The notes below the pieces were generated by a model. The model worked only from the letters and a program-made list of their open reading frames with translations. It was not told where the DNA came from and searched no databases. The translations under genes and the position numbers were made by a program. From an uncultured bacterium (lineage in GTDB: Bacteria > Fidelibacterota > Marinisomatia > Marinisomatales > UBA1611): 50,218 nucleotides of DNA. The stretch is from assembly GCA_964646455.1 (NCBI GenBank), contig CAZYDX010000004.1, positions 1 through 50,218 of the forward strand, written 5' to 3'. Each line of letters begins with the position of its first letter. Position 1 is the first letter of the stretch. Of this stretch, positions 22,001 to 30,511 are shown in pieces.

Positions 22001-22809
22001 CCTGCCCAACCTTCAGCTCCAGTTGGGTTAGTATAGGTCATTGTTGTCGTATCAACTACAGCGCCACCAAACTCACCAGAAAAAACTACTCCTTCATGAA
22101 CCATTACATTTTTAAGCGTAACAGGGGCATCCAGTGTATTTACATACAACAAGAATGAACTAAAAGTATTTTCTCCCTGTGCTGGAATATCCACACTGTA
22201 TTGTGTTGGATCTGTTCCAGAGACTGTCACAGCAGCTGTGTTGTAGCTAGGATCAACATCTGGGTATGGATTGTATTCAAAACGAAAGTGAATATTTACA
22301 TCCGCTCCAGCTGTTGAACCAGTGAAAGAGATTGTTCCTCCACCAGGAAAACTAAATGGATACAATGTAGTATCCTCATTAGCGAAACCAGCCCAACTTT
22401 CAGAACCTGTAGGATTAGTATAGGTCATTGTTGCGGTATCAACTTCAGCGCCACCAAATGGACCAGAAAAAACAATAGAAGATCCTTCCATAACGCCTGG
22501 ACCATCAGGTCCACCTCCAGTCGTATCGGGAGGAAGAGGAGCACGAGAATAATGGTAAATTTTTGCATAACCTCCCCAAGACTCAATATTGTGACCACTA
22601 TATTCAAGCTTCATCGCGCCTGCCCCCTCAGAAATAGGATCTGTCACATAGCTAACATTCACAAAGCTTAGTGTGCTATCAGCGTTTTCAGAAATTTCAT
22701 GACCCCAGTATGTGGAATCAGTTGGTTCAGAATCGTAATTATTTATCATCTGAGCAGATGATATTATTGGTATAAAAAATAAAGTGAAAATGGTTAACAT
22801 TTTTTTCAT
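19003..22809 (-). CDS. Secreted multimodular non-catalytic glycan-binding protein (split CBM11-like, 3 tandem repeats, further CBM-like and CBM9/DOMON-like domains, sorting domain)
   Basis: AGGAG RBS; signal peptide; DWSAYDSISF…GWNTVTLPL…LDNF; DGNISEW…DDDYLYFAADVIDD…WDQDALQIF CBM9-like; NYPNPFNP…KMILLK; no GH catalytic motif recognised. Confidence 0.7.
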   Translation of the reverse strand: MKKMLTIFTLFFIPIISSAQMINNYDSEPTDSTYWGHEISENADSTLSFVNVSYVTDPISEGAGAMKLEYSGHNIESWGGYAKIYHYSRAPLPPDTTGGGPDGPGVMEGSSIVFSGPFGGAEVDTATMTYTNPTGSESWAGFANEDTTLYPFSFPGGGTISFTGSTAGADVNIHFRFEYNPYPDVDPSYNTAAVTVSGTDPTQYSVDIPAQGENTFSSFLLYVNTLDAPVTLKNVMVHEGVVFSGEFGGAVVDTTTMTYTNPTGAEGWAGFANEDVSVYPFSFPNGGSISFMGSTAGTDAEVYFRFEYNPYPDVDPSYNTAAVTVSGTDPTQYSVDIPAQGENTFSSFLLYVSTLDAPVTLTHVHVHKNVPPMPDIVFSGPFGGAVVDTTTMTYTNPTGAEGWAGFANEDVSVYPFSFPNGGSISFMGSTAGTDAEVYFRFEYNPYPDVDPSYNTAAVTVSGTDPTQYSVDIPAQGENTFSSFLLYVSTLDAPVTLTSVNVHVSPAASLVQVHQNLDFSIQEGRASTFNKNGTAIFSMQREHGEVWDWSAYDSISFSYYNSIAASEANRIHLRLNLSDYAGVSDDYAGLGEYYYSFHYILDAEAGWNTVTLPLVRNDSWDGAGFNLTGWAGDTDNGELDTYAIGGFHLEFSIGGGGEGDAVGGTVVLDNFTLTGYKGVDLVIFNGMGTPPGWGNPFQWGGAQMFVTDGGGYIAGTNALTFIQQDAWSGAGFNIAPAVDLASGGEWLSDSISFWMHSEADAPAIRLQLESGDDGKVGETFTPVAAGGWNHYMFALKDFTEMDNTTNFDTSAVTVFQVLAEGNGVPERIFHFDNFWTGNPDIDVVAPVAPGNVGAIPGANFNLVTWTDIDGEEGELYHAYASTSAITDVGADGVELIASNVIEGAQTATHYLYAPLQNINVSYYYAVVCVDAAGNIGAPGATDAPITNEAKGIPTISLNVPSNFAADGNISEWSDSGIMPFVINPTTGGVWSNVDDDQDLSGTVYLAIDDDYLYFAADVIDDDYHFGEGNWWDQDALQIFFGLYDWRGPKHTSIKRGDEPDYIVYANENTLQLDNPTNSSIGNSDQDHYHFEMFDPDYVVEGKISLDTLSALGGDQRFHPVNGMRIPLDIYFHDNDNGTWEGNVGYSTIATDQQWNNPGEWSFTWIGDQATILGNDNETPVTPEVFALFPNYPNPFNPVTNIKFSLPENQKVYLGIYSVTGRLVETLVNENRAAGFHMVQWNAGRYASGVYFYRLDSGTKSMTQKMILLK
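21326..22470. repeat. Three in-frame tandem repeats (periods 405 and 387 bp) inside the 1268-aa gene
   Basis: 21326-21657 reads identical to 21731-22062 (332 bp); a 131-bp core is also identical at 22157-22287; protein unit VFSG.FGGA…W AGFANED…FRFEYNPYPDVDP…FSSFLLYV. Confidence 0.95.
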
Positions 22810-22894
22810 TTTACTCTCCTTATTTTGATATTTTCTTTAATGTATGGTATGATAGTGATTGTCTATATCTATACCAGCGATGTAAAACTAAGCC

Positions 22895-22917
22895 ATATTG
22901 CAACAGAAATGCAATAT
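22895..22917. promoter_or_regulatory. Candidate operator ATATTGCA-N7-TGCAATAT in the divergent promoter region
   Basis: Perfect 8-bp inverted repeat in the 201-bp intergenic region between the two arms, next to the lacI-family gene. Confidence 0.5.
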
Positions 22918-23010
22918 TTTTTCATATTTATGAAAAAAATTTGCAAAATAGATTATTATTTAATACTTTAAGGATAATTAATTCATCAGTATTAATTATA
23001 ACTTAAAAAA

Positions 23011-24000
23011 ATGAGAGCAACACTAAAACAGGTTGCAGAAGAAACAGGCCTATCTATTGCAACTGTTTCGAGGGCACTGCGAAGAAAAAAAAGAAATTAT
23101 TCTCTAAATGAAGAAAAAATATATGCCTCAGCTAGGAAGCTGGGATATCCTTTTATTGGAGACCTGACAAAACCAGAGACACCTTCCATTGCTCTTTTGA
23201 CTGAAGTCCGAGAGGGCGAATTTTACTCTTCTTTGTTCTATGGATTCTATGAGGCAAGTAGAAAAGCAAACTCCGATATCGTCTTTGAAAACCTTGGTAA
23301 TCATATGGATGACCCGGTCAGCCATATAATAAATTTGAGTAAAAAATATAGTGGGATATGCCTCTTCCTACCCAGTTTAGATAAAATCAATTACCAAAAA
23401 ATAAAAGAGGCTGTCGGGAAATATCCAATAGTTTCTCTTATTCCAGAAAAAAACATTAAAATTGATACAGTGTCTTTTGACTCATACAGCGGTGGCTATA
23501 TGGTAGCAAAACACTTTCAGGAACAGGGGTATACTGACTTTGGTATTATTACTGGACCCAGGAAGGTTATGGATGCTTCCTTTAGAAAAAATGGGTTTAT
23601 AGACCACATAAATGAAACTGCTGGGCTAAGGCTTTTTTGGGCTTTTGAAGGAGATTTTTCCAGCCACTCTGGAAACCTTGCCTTTCAAGACTTTAAGGAT
23701 AAAGGCTTAAAAAATATTGCTATATTTGGTTGTAATGATCACAGTTGTATTGGTTTTATAAAAGCCGCTTCAGAAAACAATTTTAAAATAAAAACAGATT
23801 TTATAATTGCCGGATTTGACAACCTGTCTTTTTGCGAGCTAATGACCCCAGAGCTCACATCTGTTTCAACAGACTTTGGAGCATTAGGAGAGCGAGCAAT
23901 TCGCACTATTGAAAACATGATAAATGACGACAGTAATATTGTTGGACAGTTTACGATGATCCCCGTAAAAATAATAATTAGACAAAGCACTCAAGTCTAA
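23011..24000 (+). CDS. LacI/GalR family transcriptional regulator
   Basis: TLKQVAEETGLSIATVSRAL HTH; AIFGCND, IAGFDN, PELTSV, IIRQST sugar-binding domain motifs. Confidence 0.93.
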   Translation: MRATLKQVAEETGLSIATVSRALRRKKRNYSLNEEKIYASARKLGYPFIGDLTKPETPSIALLTEVREGEFYSSLFYGFYEASRKANSDIVFENLGNHMDDPVSHIINLSKKYSGICLFLPSLDKINYQKIKEAVGKYPIVSLIPEKNIKIDTVSFDSYSGGYMVAKHFQEQGYTDFGIITGPRKVMDASFRKNGFIDHINETAGLRLFWAFEGDFSSHSGNLAFQDFKDKGLKNIAIFGCNDHSCIGFIKAASENNFKIKTDFIIAGFDNLSFCELMTPELTSVSTDFGALGERAIRTIENMINDDSNIVGQFTMIPVKIIIRQSTQV

Positions 24001-24019
24001 GTCACAAATAAACACGAAA

Positions 24020-25291
24020 ATGAAAAACAATATTTTTAATTATCTGTGCATAATTTATTTTTTCTTTTTTTCGTGCTCAAAAACGAATAAGAATATTGAA
24101 GGGTGGGAGCTGGTCTGGAGCGATGAGTTCGATAAAAACAAAATTGATCTTGAAAAGTGGACATTTGACATTGGCACCGGAGCGCCCGTATTTGAAGACT
24201 TTCCCCTTAGCTCATCAATCTTTACCCCGCAAAATTTCTCTAAAGATAATTTTAGTGTAAGGTGGACCGGAACGCTAACCACAGATCATGCCTGCAAATA
24301 CACCTTATATATAATAGCAGATGATGGCGTAAAGGTATACCTAGATAATAAATGTGTAATTGATGGGTGGAAACCTCAGCCTCCGACTGAGTATTCTTTT
24401 ACAAATCAGCTGCTTGGGAAAGCATATAAACTAAAAATTGAGTATTTTGAGTCTGGCGGCGGTGAGGCAGCAATACTAGGCTGGGAATGTGCCCACCGAG
24501 CAAAATCAACTATAGGAAAAAAGTATCTAACCACAGAAAGTGGAGATCTGGGACTAATGGGGGAATACTTCTCTTCAAAAAACTTTAAAAATAATGATAT
24601 CCCCGGTTTTACCCGCATCGATACATCAATTAACTGGGTAACCGGAGGTGATGGCTGGGGAAATAGAGAACTACAGTACTATACCAATAGACAAGAAAAT
24701 GTTAGGACCGAAAAGGGCAAACTTATAATTGAAGCAAAAAAAGAATATTTTCAAGGGTCTAACTATACATCCTCAAGAATAAAAACAAAACAAAGCTGGA
24801 AATATGGAAGGTTTGAAATGCGAGCAAAACTACCACGGGGCGTAGGAACTTGGGCCGCTTTCTGGGGCCTTCCGACAGACTGGGAATATGGTGTCTGGCC
24901 AAGAAGTGGAGAAATAGATATTCTTGAACATGTAGGCCATAGTGAGGGGCACATTGTTTGCTCTGTACACAATATTGCACACTCTGGAGATCTTTCAAGA
25001 TCTGACCAACAACGATCAACAATCGTAAAGAATGCTTGTACAGATTTTAATAAATATGTTTTAGAGTGGGACGAGCATGAAATTAAAACATTTGTAAACA
25101 ATAAAAGGGTTTTTACCTATGTAAAAAACAACCAGCCCTGGGAAAGGTGGCCGTTTGACAAAAGATTTCACCTAATAACGAATATTGCAGTTGGAGGATA
25201 CTGGGGTGGGGAAAAAGGAATAAATGATAACGATTTCCCAGCTAAAATGGAAATAGACTATGTTAGGGTCTATAAAAAGGCCGAAAGTTGA
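24020..25291 (+). CDS. GH16 laminarinase-type lipoprotein with inserted PA14 domain
   Basis: FFSC lipobox; LVWSDEF, GWGNRELQYYT, YGRFEMRAKLP, WP.SGEIDILE, NIAVGG; insert with DNFSVRWTG, ADDGV, KIEYFE. Confidence 0.9.
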   Translation: MKNNIFNYLCIIYFFFFSCSKTNKNIEGWELVWSDEFDKNKIDLEKWTFDIGTGAPVFEDFPLSSSIFTPQNFSKDNFSVRWTGTLTTDHACKYTLYIIADDGVKVYLDNKCVIDGWKPQPPTEYSFTNQLLGKAYKLKIEYFESGGGEAAILGWECAHRAKSTIGKKYLTTESGDLGLMGEYFSSKNFKNNDIPGFTRIDTSINWVTGGDGWGNRELQYYTNRQENVRTEKGKLIIEAKKEYFQGSNYTSSRIKTKQSWKYGRFEMRAKLPRGVGTWAAFWGLPTDWEYGVWPRSGEIDILEHVGHSEGHIVCSVHNIAHSGDLSRSDQQRSTIVKNACTDFNKYVLEWDEHEIKTFVNNKRVFTYVKNNQPWERWPFDKRFHLITNIAVGGYWGGEKGINDNDFPAKMEIDYVRVYKKAES

Positions 25292-26937
25292 AATTATATT
25301 ATTCTACAATGATAGCATGTTTTTTTACCTTGGTCATATTAGGCTGTGGTAATAAAAATGTTAAACATCGAGATGGGTTAATTGTTTACCAAGAAGCACA
25401 AATCTCATGGGCTAGAAATTTTAACCCACTTAGTCCAGCTGGATCAACAAGGTGGCCTACTAAGTGCGGTATCTATGAGCCCTTATTTATTTATAACTCT
25501 ATGAAAGCAGAATGGGTCCCTTGGCTTGCTATTGCTTTTCATTGGAAACAGAATAATAGAATTCTAGAAATGAAAATTCGTAATAATGTATTTTGGTCAG
25601 ATGGTGCTCCGTTTACTGCTCATGATGTTGTTTTTACATCACAAATTAAAAAACAGTTCAGGGCCCTAGACACAAGAAACTCTTGGGAATATCTCGATGA
25701 GGTTATCGCAACAACTGACAGCACTATACAATATAAATTTAACAGAGTTAATGTCCCCGGTTTTGACGCCCTAGCCACTCAGGCAATTGTTCCTAAACAC
25801 ATTTGGGGGGAAATAGATGACCCAGTTAAATATTTAAACCCCGACCCTGTTGGCACTGGGCCTTTTACAGAAATTTTAAGATTTGATAATCAACTGTGGG
25901 AATTGGGTAAAAACAAAAACTATTGGCAGAAAGGCAAGCCCCATATTAACAAACTCGTATTTCCAACTTTTCCAAGTAATGAGCAGGTTACTCTCGCGCT
26001 AAATAGTGGAATGCTTGACTGGGCTGGCGCTTTTATTCCAGCGGTTGAACGTGTTTTTGTCGAAAAAAATCCGGAACATCATAAGTATTGGTTTCCGCTT
26101 ACTGGTCACACAACTTTTCTCTATACGAACACAAAAAATTCTTTGCTAGAGGATGTAAAAATAAGAAAAGCATTAAGCTATGCAATAGACAGAGAATTGG
26201 TTGTGAAGGTTGGGATGTATAATTATACAGAACCAGCAAATGTGACCGGCATCTCAGGCCCAATGTCTGTCTGGCACTCTCCTGATATTGATAAGCTAGA
26301 GGACTGGACGAAATACTCCCCAGAAATTGCAGAAGAAATACTAAATGCATCTGGTTTTCTCGCCGGGAAAGATGGTTATAGAAAACATTCAAATGGTAAG
26401 CCTCTTGAGCTAGAAATAATTATAGTCTCAGGCTGGAGTGATTGGATCAGATCTGCTCAGGTTGTAAGTCAAAACCTTAAAAAGGTTGGGATTAAAACTA
26501 AAGTAAAAACGTATGACTTTGGCGCATGGATAAGTAGAATGCAAAAAGGAGAATTTCAGCTAGCAATTGGGTGGGCCGAAAAAGGAAGCACACCATATAA
26601 TTTATATAAGGGAATGATGTCACCTGATTATATTAAACCGGTCGGTGAAATTGCAGACGTTAACTGGCATAGGTTTAGCTCTGCTGATGCTGACTCGCTA
26701 CTTAAACAGTATGAAAAAACATCAAACGAAAAAGAAATAAAAGATATCATTTATAAGCTTCAACAAATATTTGTAGAAAATGCTCCCTCTCTTCCGCTAT
26801 TTGCTGAACCATCTTGGGCTGAGTGTAACACAACTTACTTCACAAATTTTCCTAGTGCAGAAAACCCTTATGGAACATTGTCTCCTAATTACGAACCTGA
26901 AAATCTTTTTCTGATGTTGAATGTGAGGCCAAGATGA
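25288..26937 (+). CDS. ABC transporter substrate-binding protein, family 5, probably oligosaccharide-binding
   Basis: ILGC lipobox; RNFNP, IYEPL, WSDGAPFTAHDVVFT, PVGTGPF, RKALSYAIDR, GWSDW; glycoside hydrolase context. Confidence 0.88.
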   Translation: MKLYYSTMIACFFTLVILGCGNKNVKHRDGLIVYQEAQISWARNFNPLSPAGSTRWPTKCGIYEPLFIYNSMKAEWVPWLAIAFHWKQNNRILEMKIRNNVFWSDGAPFTAHDVVFTSQIKKQFRALDTRNSWEYLDEVIATTDSTIQYKFNRVNVPGFDALATQAIVPKHIWGEIDDPVKYLNPDPVGTGPFTEILRFDNQLWELGKNKNYWQKGKPHINKLVFPTFPSNEQVTLALNSGMLDWAGAFIPAVERVFVEKNPEHHKYWFPLTGHTTFLYTNTKNSLLEDVKIRKALSYAIDRELVVKVGMYNYTEPANVTGISGPMSVWHSPDIDKLEDWTKYSPEIAEEILNASGFLAGKDGYRKHSNGKPLELEIIIVSGWSDWIRSAQVVSQNLKKVGIKTKVKTYDFGAWISRMQKGEFQLAIGWAEKGSTPYNLYKGMMSPDYIKPVGEIADVNWHRFSSADADSLLKQYEKTSNEKEIKDIIYKLQQIFVENAPSLPLFAEPSWAECNTTYFTNFPSAENPYGTLSPNYEPENLFLMLNVRPR

Positions 26938-27920
26938 ACAGGTCTGTTTTATTTCTTTTTAGGAGGCTTGGTTTTTATATAATAGCTGCTTGGGCAGCTC
27001 TAACTCTAAATTTTTTTATACCTCGCTTAATGCCTGGAGACCCTGCCACAATTATTTTTGCTAGGTTTCGTGGAAAAATTAAACCAGAGGCATTAAGCGC
27101 ACTTCGTGAAACATTTGGTTTAAACGATGGCCCACTTCTTGAACAATATTTTACCTATTTAAAAAGTATTTTAAGTGGTGACTTAGGAATTTCTATAGCA
27201 TATTTTCCCCAGAAAGTTTCATCAGTAATCTCTGGTGCTTTATTTTGGACAATTTTTTTAGCTGGAATATCACTGTTGATTTCTTTTTCTATCGGTACTC
27301 TTTTAGGAACAATCATCGGTTGGAATAGAAACTCAAAGCTAGACTCTATTCTTCCGCCTGTACTTGCTTTTTTAGGAGCATTCCCCTATTTCTGGCTAGC
27401 AATGCTTATGCTATATGTGTTTGGTTTTCAATATAATTTGTTCCCCCTTGGGCATGCATATGGCCCTGAGGTTTCCCCTGGTTTGAATATTAGCTATATA
27501 ATAAGCGTAATACATCATGCGTTTTTACCTGCTCTTACAATGGTTTTTGTGAGCCTTGGAGGTTGGATGCTTTCTATGAGAAACACTCTGATTTCTACCC
27601 TTGGTTCAGACTATATCACTTTCGCTCATGCTAAAGGACTACCTAAAAAAACGATTATGCTAAAGTACGCTGCTAGAAATGCTATTCTCCCAAACCTGAC
27701 TGGCTTTGGGATGGCTCTTGGATTTGTTCTTAGCGGCGCACTATTAACTGAAATTATTTTTTCTTACCCCGGGCAGGGCTATCTTTTGTTACAATCGGTT
27801 AAGTCTCAAGATTTTCCCCTCATGCAAGGGCTCTTTATGACGATCACACTTGCGGTCCTACTAGCAAACTGGTTGGTTGATGTTGCTATATTATTTTTTG
27901 ACCCTAGGACGAGAAAATAA
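26934..27920 (+). CDS. ABC transporter permease (OppB/DppB type)
   Basis: PRLMPGDP, GDLGIS, DYITFAHAKGL EAA-loop, EIIFSYPG, DPR end. Confidence 0.92.
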   Translation: MNRSVLFLFRRLGFYIIAAWAALTLNFFIPRLMPGDPATIIFARFRGKIKPEALSALRETFGLNDGPLLEQYFTYLKSILSGDLGISIAYFPQKVSSVISGALFWTIFLAGISLLISFSIGTLLGTIIGWNRNSKLDSILPPVLAFLGAFPYFWLAMLMLYVFGFQYNLFPLGHAYGPEVSPGLNISYIISVIHHAFLPALTMVFVSLGGWMLSMRNTLISTLGSDYITFAHAKGLPKKTIMLKYAARNAILPNLTGFGMALGFVLSGALLTEIIFSYPGQGYLLLQSVKSQDFPLMQGLFMTITLAVLLANWLVDVAILFFDPRTRK

Positions 27921-27921
27921 A

Positions 27922-28854
27922 ATGATCACCAATACTAAAAACAGCATCCTTAAACGGTGGCTTAGAGGAATTCTCCGAAACAAAAAAGCACTTGTTGGTC
28001 TCTACTTAATTTTTGGGTTTTTAGCATTATCAATATTTGGGCCTTTTTTAATTCAGGACCCTATTGAGTTTATTGGAACCCCACTGTCTGCCCCTTCTTT
28101 TGAACATTTATTGGGGACAAATGGGCAGGGTCAGGATGTTTTATCTCAAACAATATCAGGAGCAAGGCAGACTCTTTTTGTTGGGTTTTCAACCGGTTTT
28201 TTGGTGGTATTAATCGGGGCATTAATAGGGGGAGCATCTGGTTATTATGGGGGAAAAATTGATGACATTCTATCTCTTTTAATTAATATTTTTCTTGTTA
28301 TGCCTGGTCTTCCTCTAATGGTTATCCTTGCTAGTTGGTTGCCGCCTGGGCCAGGAACACTGATCGGGGTTTTGGTCTTAACCGGGTGGGCCTGGAACGC
28401 ACGAGTGATAAGATCCCAAATGATGACCTATCGCAATAGAGACTTTGTCTCAGCTGCAATAGTAAGTGGAGAAACCAACCTTCGAATCATAGTAATAGAA
28501 ATTATGCCTAGGATGCTATCTCTGTTAGCCTCTTCTTTTATTGGTGCCTCAATCTACGCCATTGGAGCACAAGTGGGTTTAGAGTTTTTAGGGCTGGGAG
28601 ATGTTAGTAGCGTCACCTGGGGAACAAATCTATATTGGGCAAGCAATGACATGGCGCTTCTCACTGGTTCATGGTGGACCTTTGTACCAACGGGACTCAG
28701 TATTGCGCTGGTTAGCTTTGCACTAACTTTAATTAATTTTGGGATTGATGAGGCAACCAACCCTAGGCTTATTTCTGAAAGAAGATGGAAAAAACAGGTA
28801 CCAACCCACTTAATTGAAATAGGTGTTACACCGGTGGTGAAATCAGGTGAATAG
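27922..28854 (+). CDS. ABC transporter permease (OppC/DppC type)
   Basis: Start refined to ATG 27922; HLLGTNGQGQDV, GYYGG, ARVIRSQ…DFVSAA…GE, LEFLGLG. Confidence 0.92.
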   Translation: MITNTKNSILKRWLRGILRNKKALVGLYLIFGFLALSIFGPFLIQDPIEFIGTPLSAPSFEHLLGTNGQGQDVLSQTISGARQTLFVGFSTGFLVVLIGALIGGASGYYGGKIDDILSLLINIFLVMPGLPLMVILASWLPPGPGTLIGVLVLTGWAWNARVIRSQMMTYRNRDFVSAAIVSGETNLRIIVIEIMPRMLSLLASSFIGASIYAIGAQVGLEFLGLGDVSSVTWGTNLYWASNDMALLTGSWWTFVPTGLSIALVSFALTLINFGIDEATNPRLISERRWKKQVPTHLIEIGVTPVVKSGE

Positions 28855-30511
28855 CAGCGCTCTCAATATTAACAACCTGCGGGTAGAATATGTCCTAAAA
28901 GATGGAAGAAAGTCTGCTGTTAAGAATGTTTCGCTAAGTATAAATACGGGAGAAATTTTTGGGCTCGTTGGAGAATCTGGCAGTGGAAAAAGTACGGTAG
29001 TTCAGGCAATTATGCGCACCCTACCGCCTCCTGCTATTATTACCAAAGGTGAAGTAATAATAAACAACATTGATATTCTCTCATTGTCCAGTTCGGAGGT
29101 TTCTAAGTACCGCTGGAAACAAATCTCAATCGTAATGCAAAGTGCATTAAATGCCCTAAACCCCGTTATGTCTGTAAGAGACCAAATTAAAGATGTGCTG
29201 GAAGTACATCAAAACATAAAAGACTTAGAAGCTGATAGTAAAGTTGAAGAGCTCCTGACTCTGGTCGGTGTATCAATTGAAAATGCAGACAGTTATCCCC
29301 ATCAACTTTCAGGGGGAATGCGACAAAGAGTAGTAATCGCAATCGCAATGGCATTAACACCTCCTCTTATTATTATGGATGAGCCAACCACTGCCTTGGA
29401 CGTTATTGTAGAAAGAGAAATTTTAGAAAAGATCATTGAGCTTAGAAAAAAGTTGGGATTTACAATTTTATTTATTACTCATGATCTAAACCTTCTTTTA
29501 GAGTTCGCAGATAAAATAGCTATTATGAAAAACGGTGAATTGATTGAGTTGGATGAAACAAAAGAAATAAAAAAAGGAGGAAATCATAAATACACCGCCA
29601 AGTTAATTGATGCGTTGCCATCTTCCTCAGGGCCCAGACAAAAACACCTTCTTCCAAAGCCTGAAGTTCTAGAACTAGGTACTGACCCAATATTAGAGAT
29701 TCAAAACTTGTGTAAAAGTTTCCAAAAACCAGGCATTTTTAATCGATTAAAATCAAATGTTGTTAAAGACGTTAGTTTTAAAATATTTCCGGGTGAAATC
29801 GTTGCTCTTGTTGGTGAATCTGGAAGTGGGAAAAGCACCATCGCGAGACTAATTACGAGGCTAATTAGACCCACTTCGGGAAGTATAATATTAAATGGTA
29901 GAAATACACAAGTCTCTGAAGCAAGAAAGGTCCCTCTTGAATATAGGAAAGCAGTCCAAATGGTTTTTCAAGACCCGTTTGCATCTTTGAACTCTGTTCA
30001 TACTGTATACCATCATCTGTCTCGACCACTAATTCGGCAAGGTGTAAATGAAAAAAATAATATCTCAGATATAATTATTGAAAAACTTGAGGATGTTGGA
30101 CTAGTCCCTGGAAATATCTTTGCGAAAAAATTTCCACACGAAATGTCGGGAGGAGAACGCCAGAGAGTCGCAATAGCAAGAGCACTATGCCTAGAGCCAG
30201 ATATAATTATTGCCGATGAACCAACATCGATGCTAGATGTATCTATAAGGATGGACATTTTGGAAATATTTTCCAAGTTGCGTATTGAAAAAAACCTTAC
30301 ATTTGTTTTTATCACTCATGACTTTGCTTCTGCGCGTTATTTGGCGGATAGAATATTGGTTCTTTATGAGGGAAAAATTATTGAAGAAAACACAGCCGAA
30401 GATTTAATTAAATCTCCCAAAAATGATTATACTAAAAAACTTGTTGGTGCCGCTTCACCCGGTTGGATAAAAACCAAAAAACGAAAGAAAGTCAAAAACA
30501 ATGAACACTAA
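28847..30511 (+). CDS. ABC transporter ATP-binding protein, fused double ATPase (OppD-OppF type)
   Basis: Two Walker A GESGSGKS; LSGGMRQR and MSGGERQR; DEPT twice; ITHD twice. Confidence 0.95.
   Translation: MNSSALNINNLRVEYVLKDGRKSAVKNVSLSINTGEIFGLVGESGSGKSTVVQAIMRTLPPPAIITKGEVIINNIDILSLSSSEVSKYRWKQISIVMQSALNALNPVMSVRDQIKDVLEVHQNIKDLEADSKVEELLTLVGVSIENADSYPHQLSGGMRQRVVIAIAMALTPPLIIMDEPTTALDVIVEREILEKIIELRKKLGFTILFITHDLNLLLEFADKIAIMKNGELIELDETKEIKKGGNHKYTAKLIDALPSSSGPRQKHLLPKPEVLELGTDPILEIQNLCKSFQKPGIFNRLKSNVVKDVSFKIFPGEIVALVGESGSGKSTIARLITRLIRPTSGSIILNGRNTQVSEARKVPLEYRKAVQMVFQDPFASLNSVHTVYHHLSRPLIRQGVNEKNNISDIIIEKLEDVGLVPGNIFAKKFPHEMSGGERQRVAIARALCLEPDIIIADEPTSMLDVSIRMDILEIFSKLRIEKNLTFVFITHDFASARYLADRILVLYEGKIIEENTAEDLIKSPKNDYTKKLVGAASPGWIKTKKRKKVKNNEH

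Noticed and set aside
21326-22470. Repeat array as a CRISPR, IS or diversity-generating retroelement TR/VR pair
   Set aside because: Units are about 400 bp, in frame and coding; there are no spacers, transposase or reverse transcriptase, and no adenine-specific differences
25288-30511. Opp/Dpp peptide or nickel transporter annotation
   Set aside because: The fold family fits, but embedding among beta-glucanases and the known sugar-binding family-5 members make oligosaccharide import more likely; not proven
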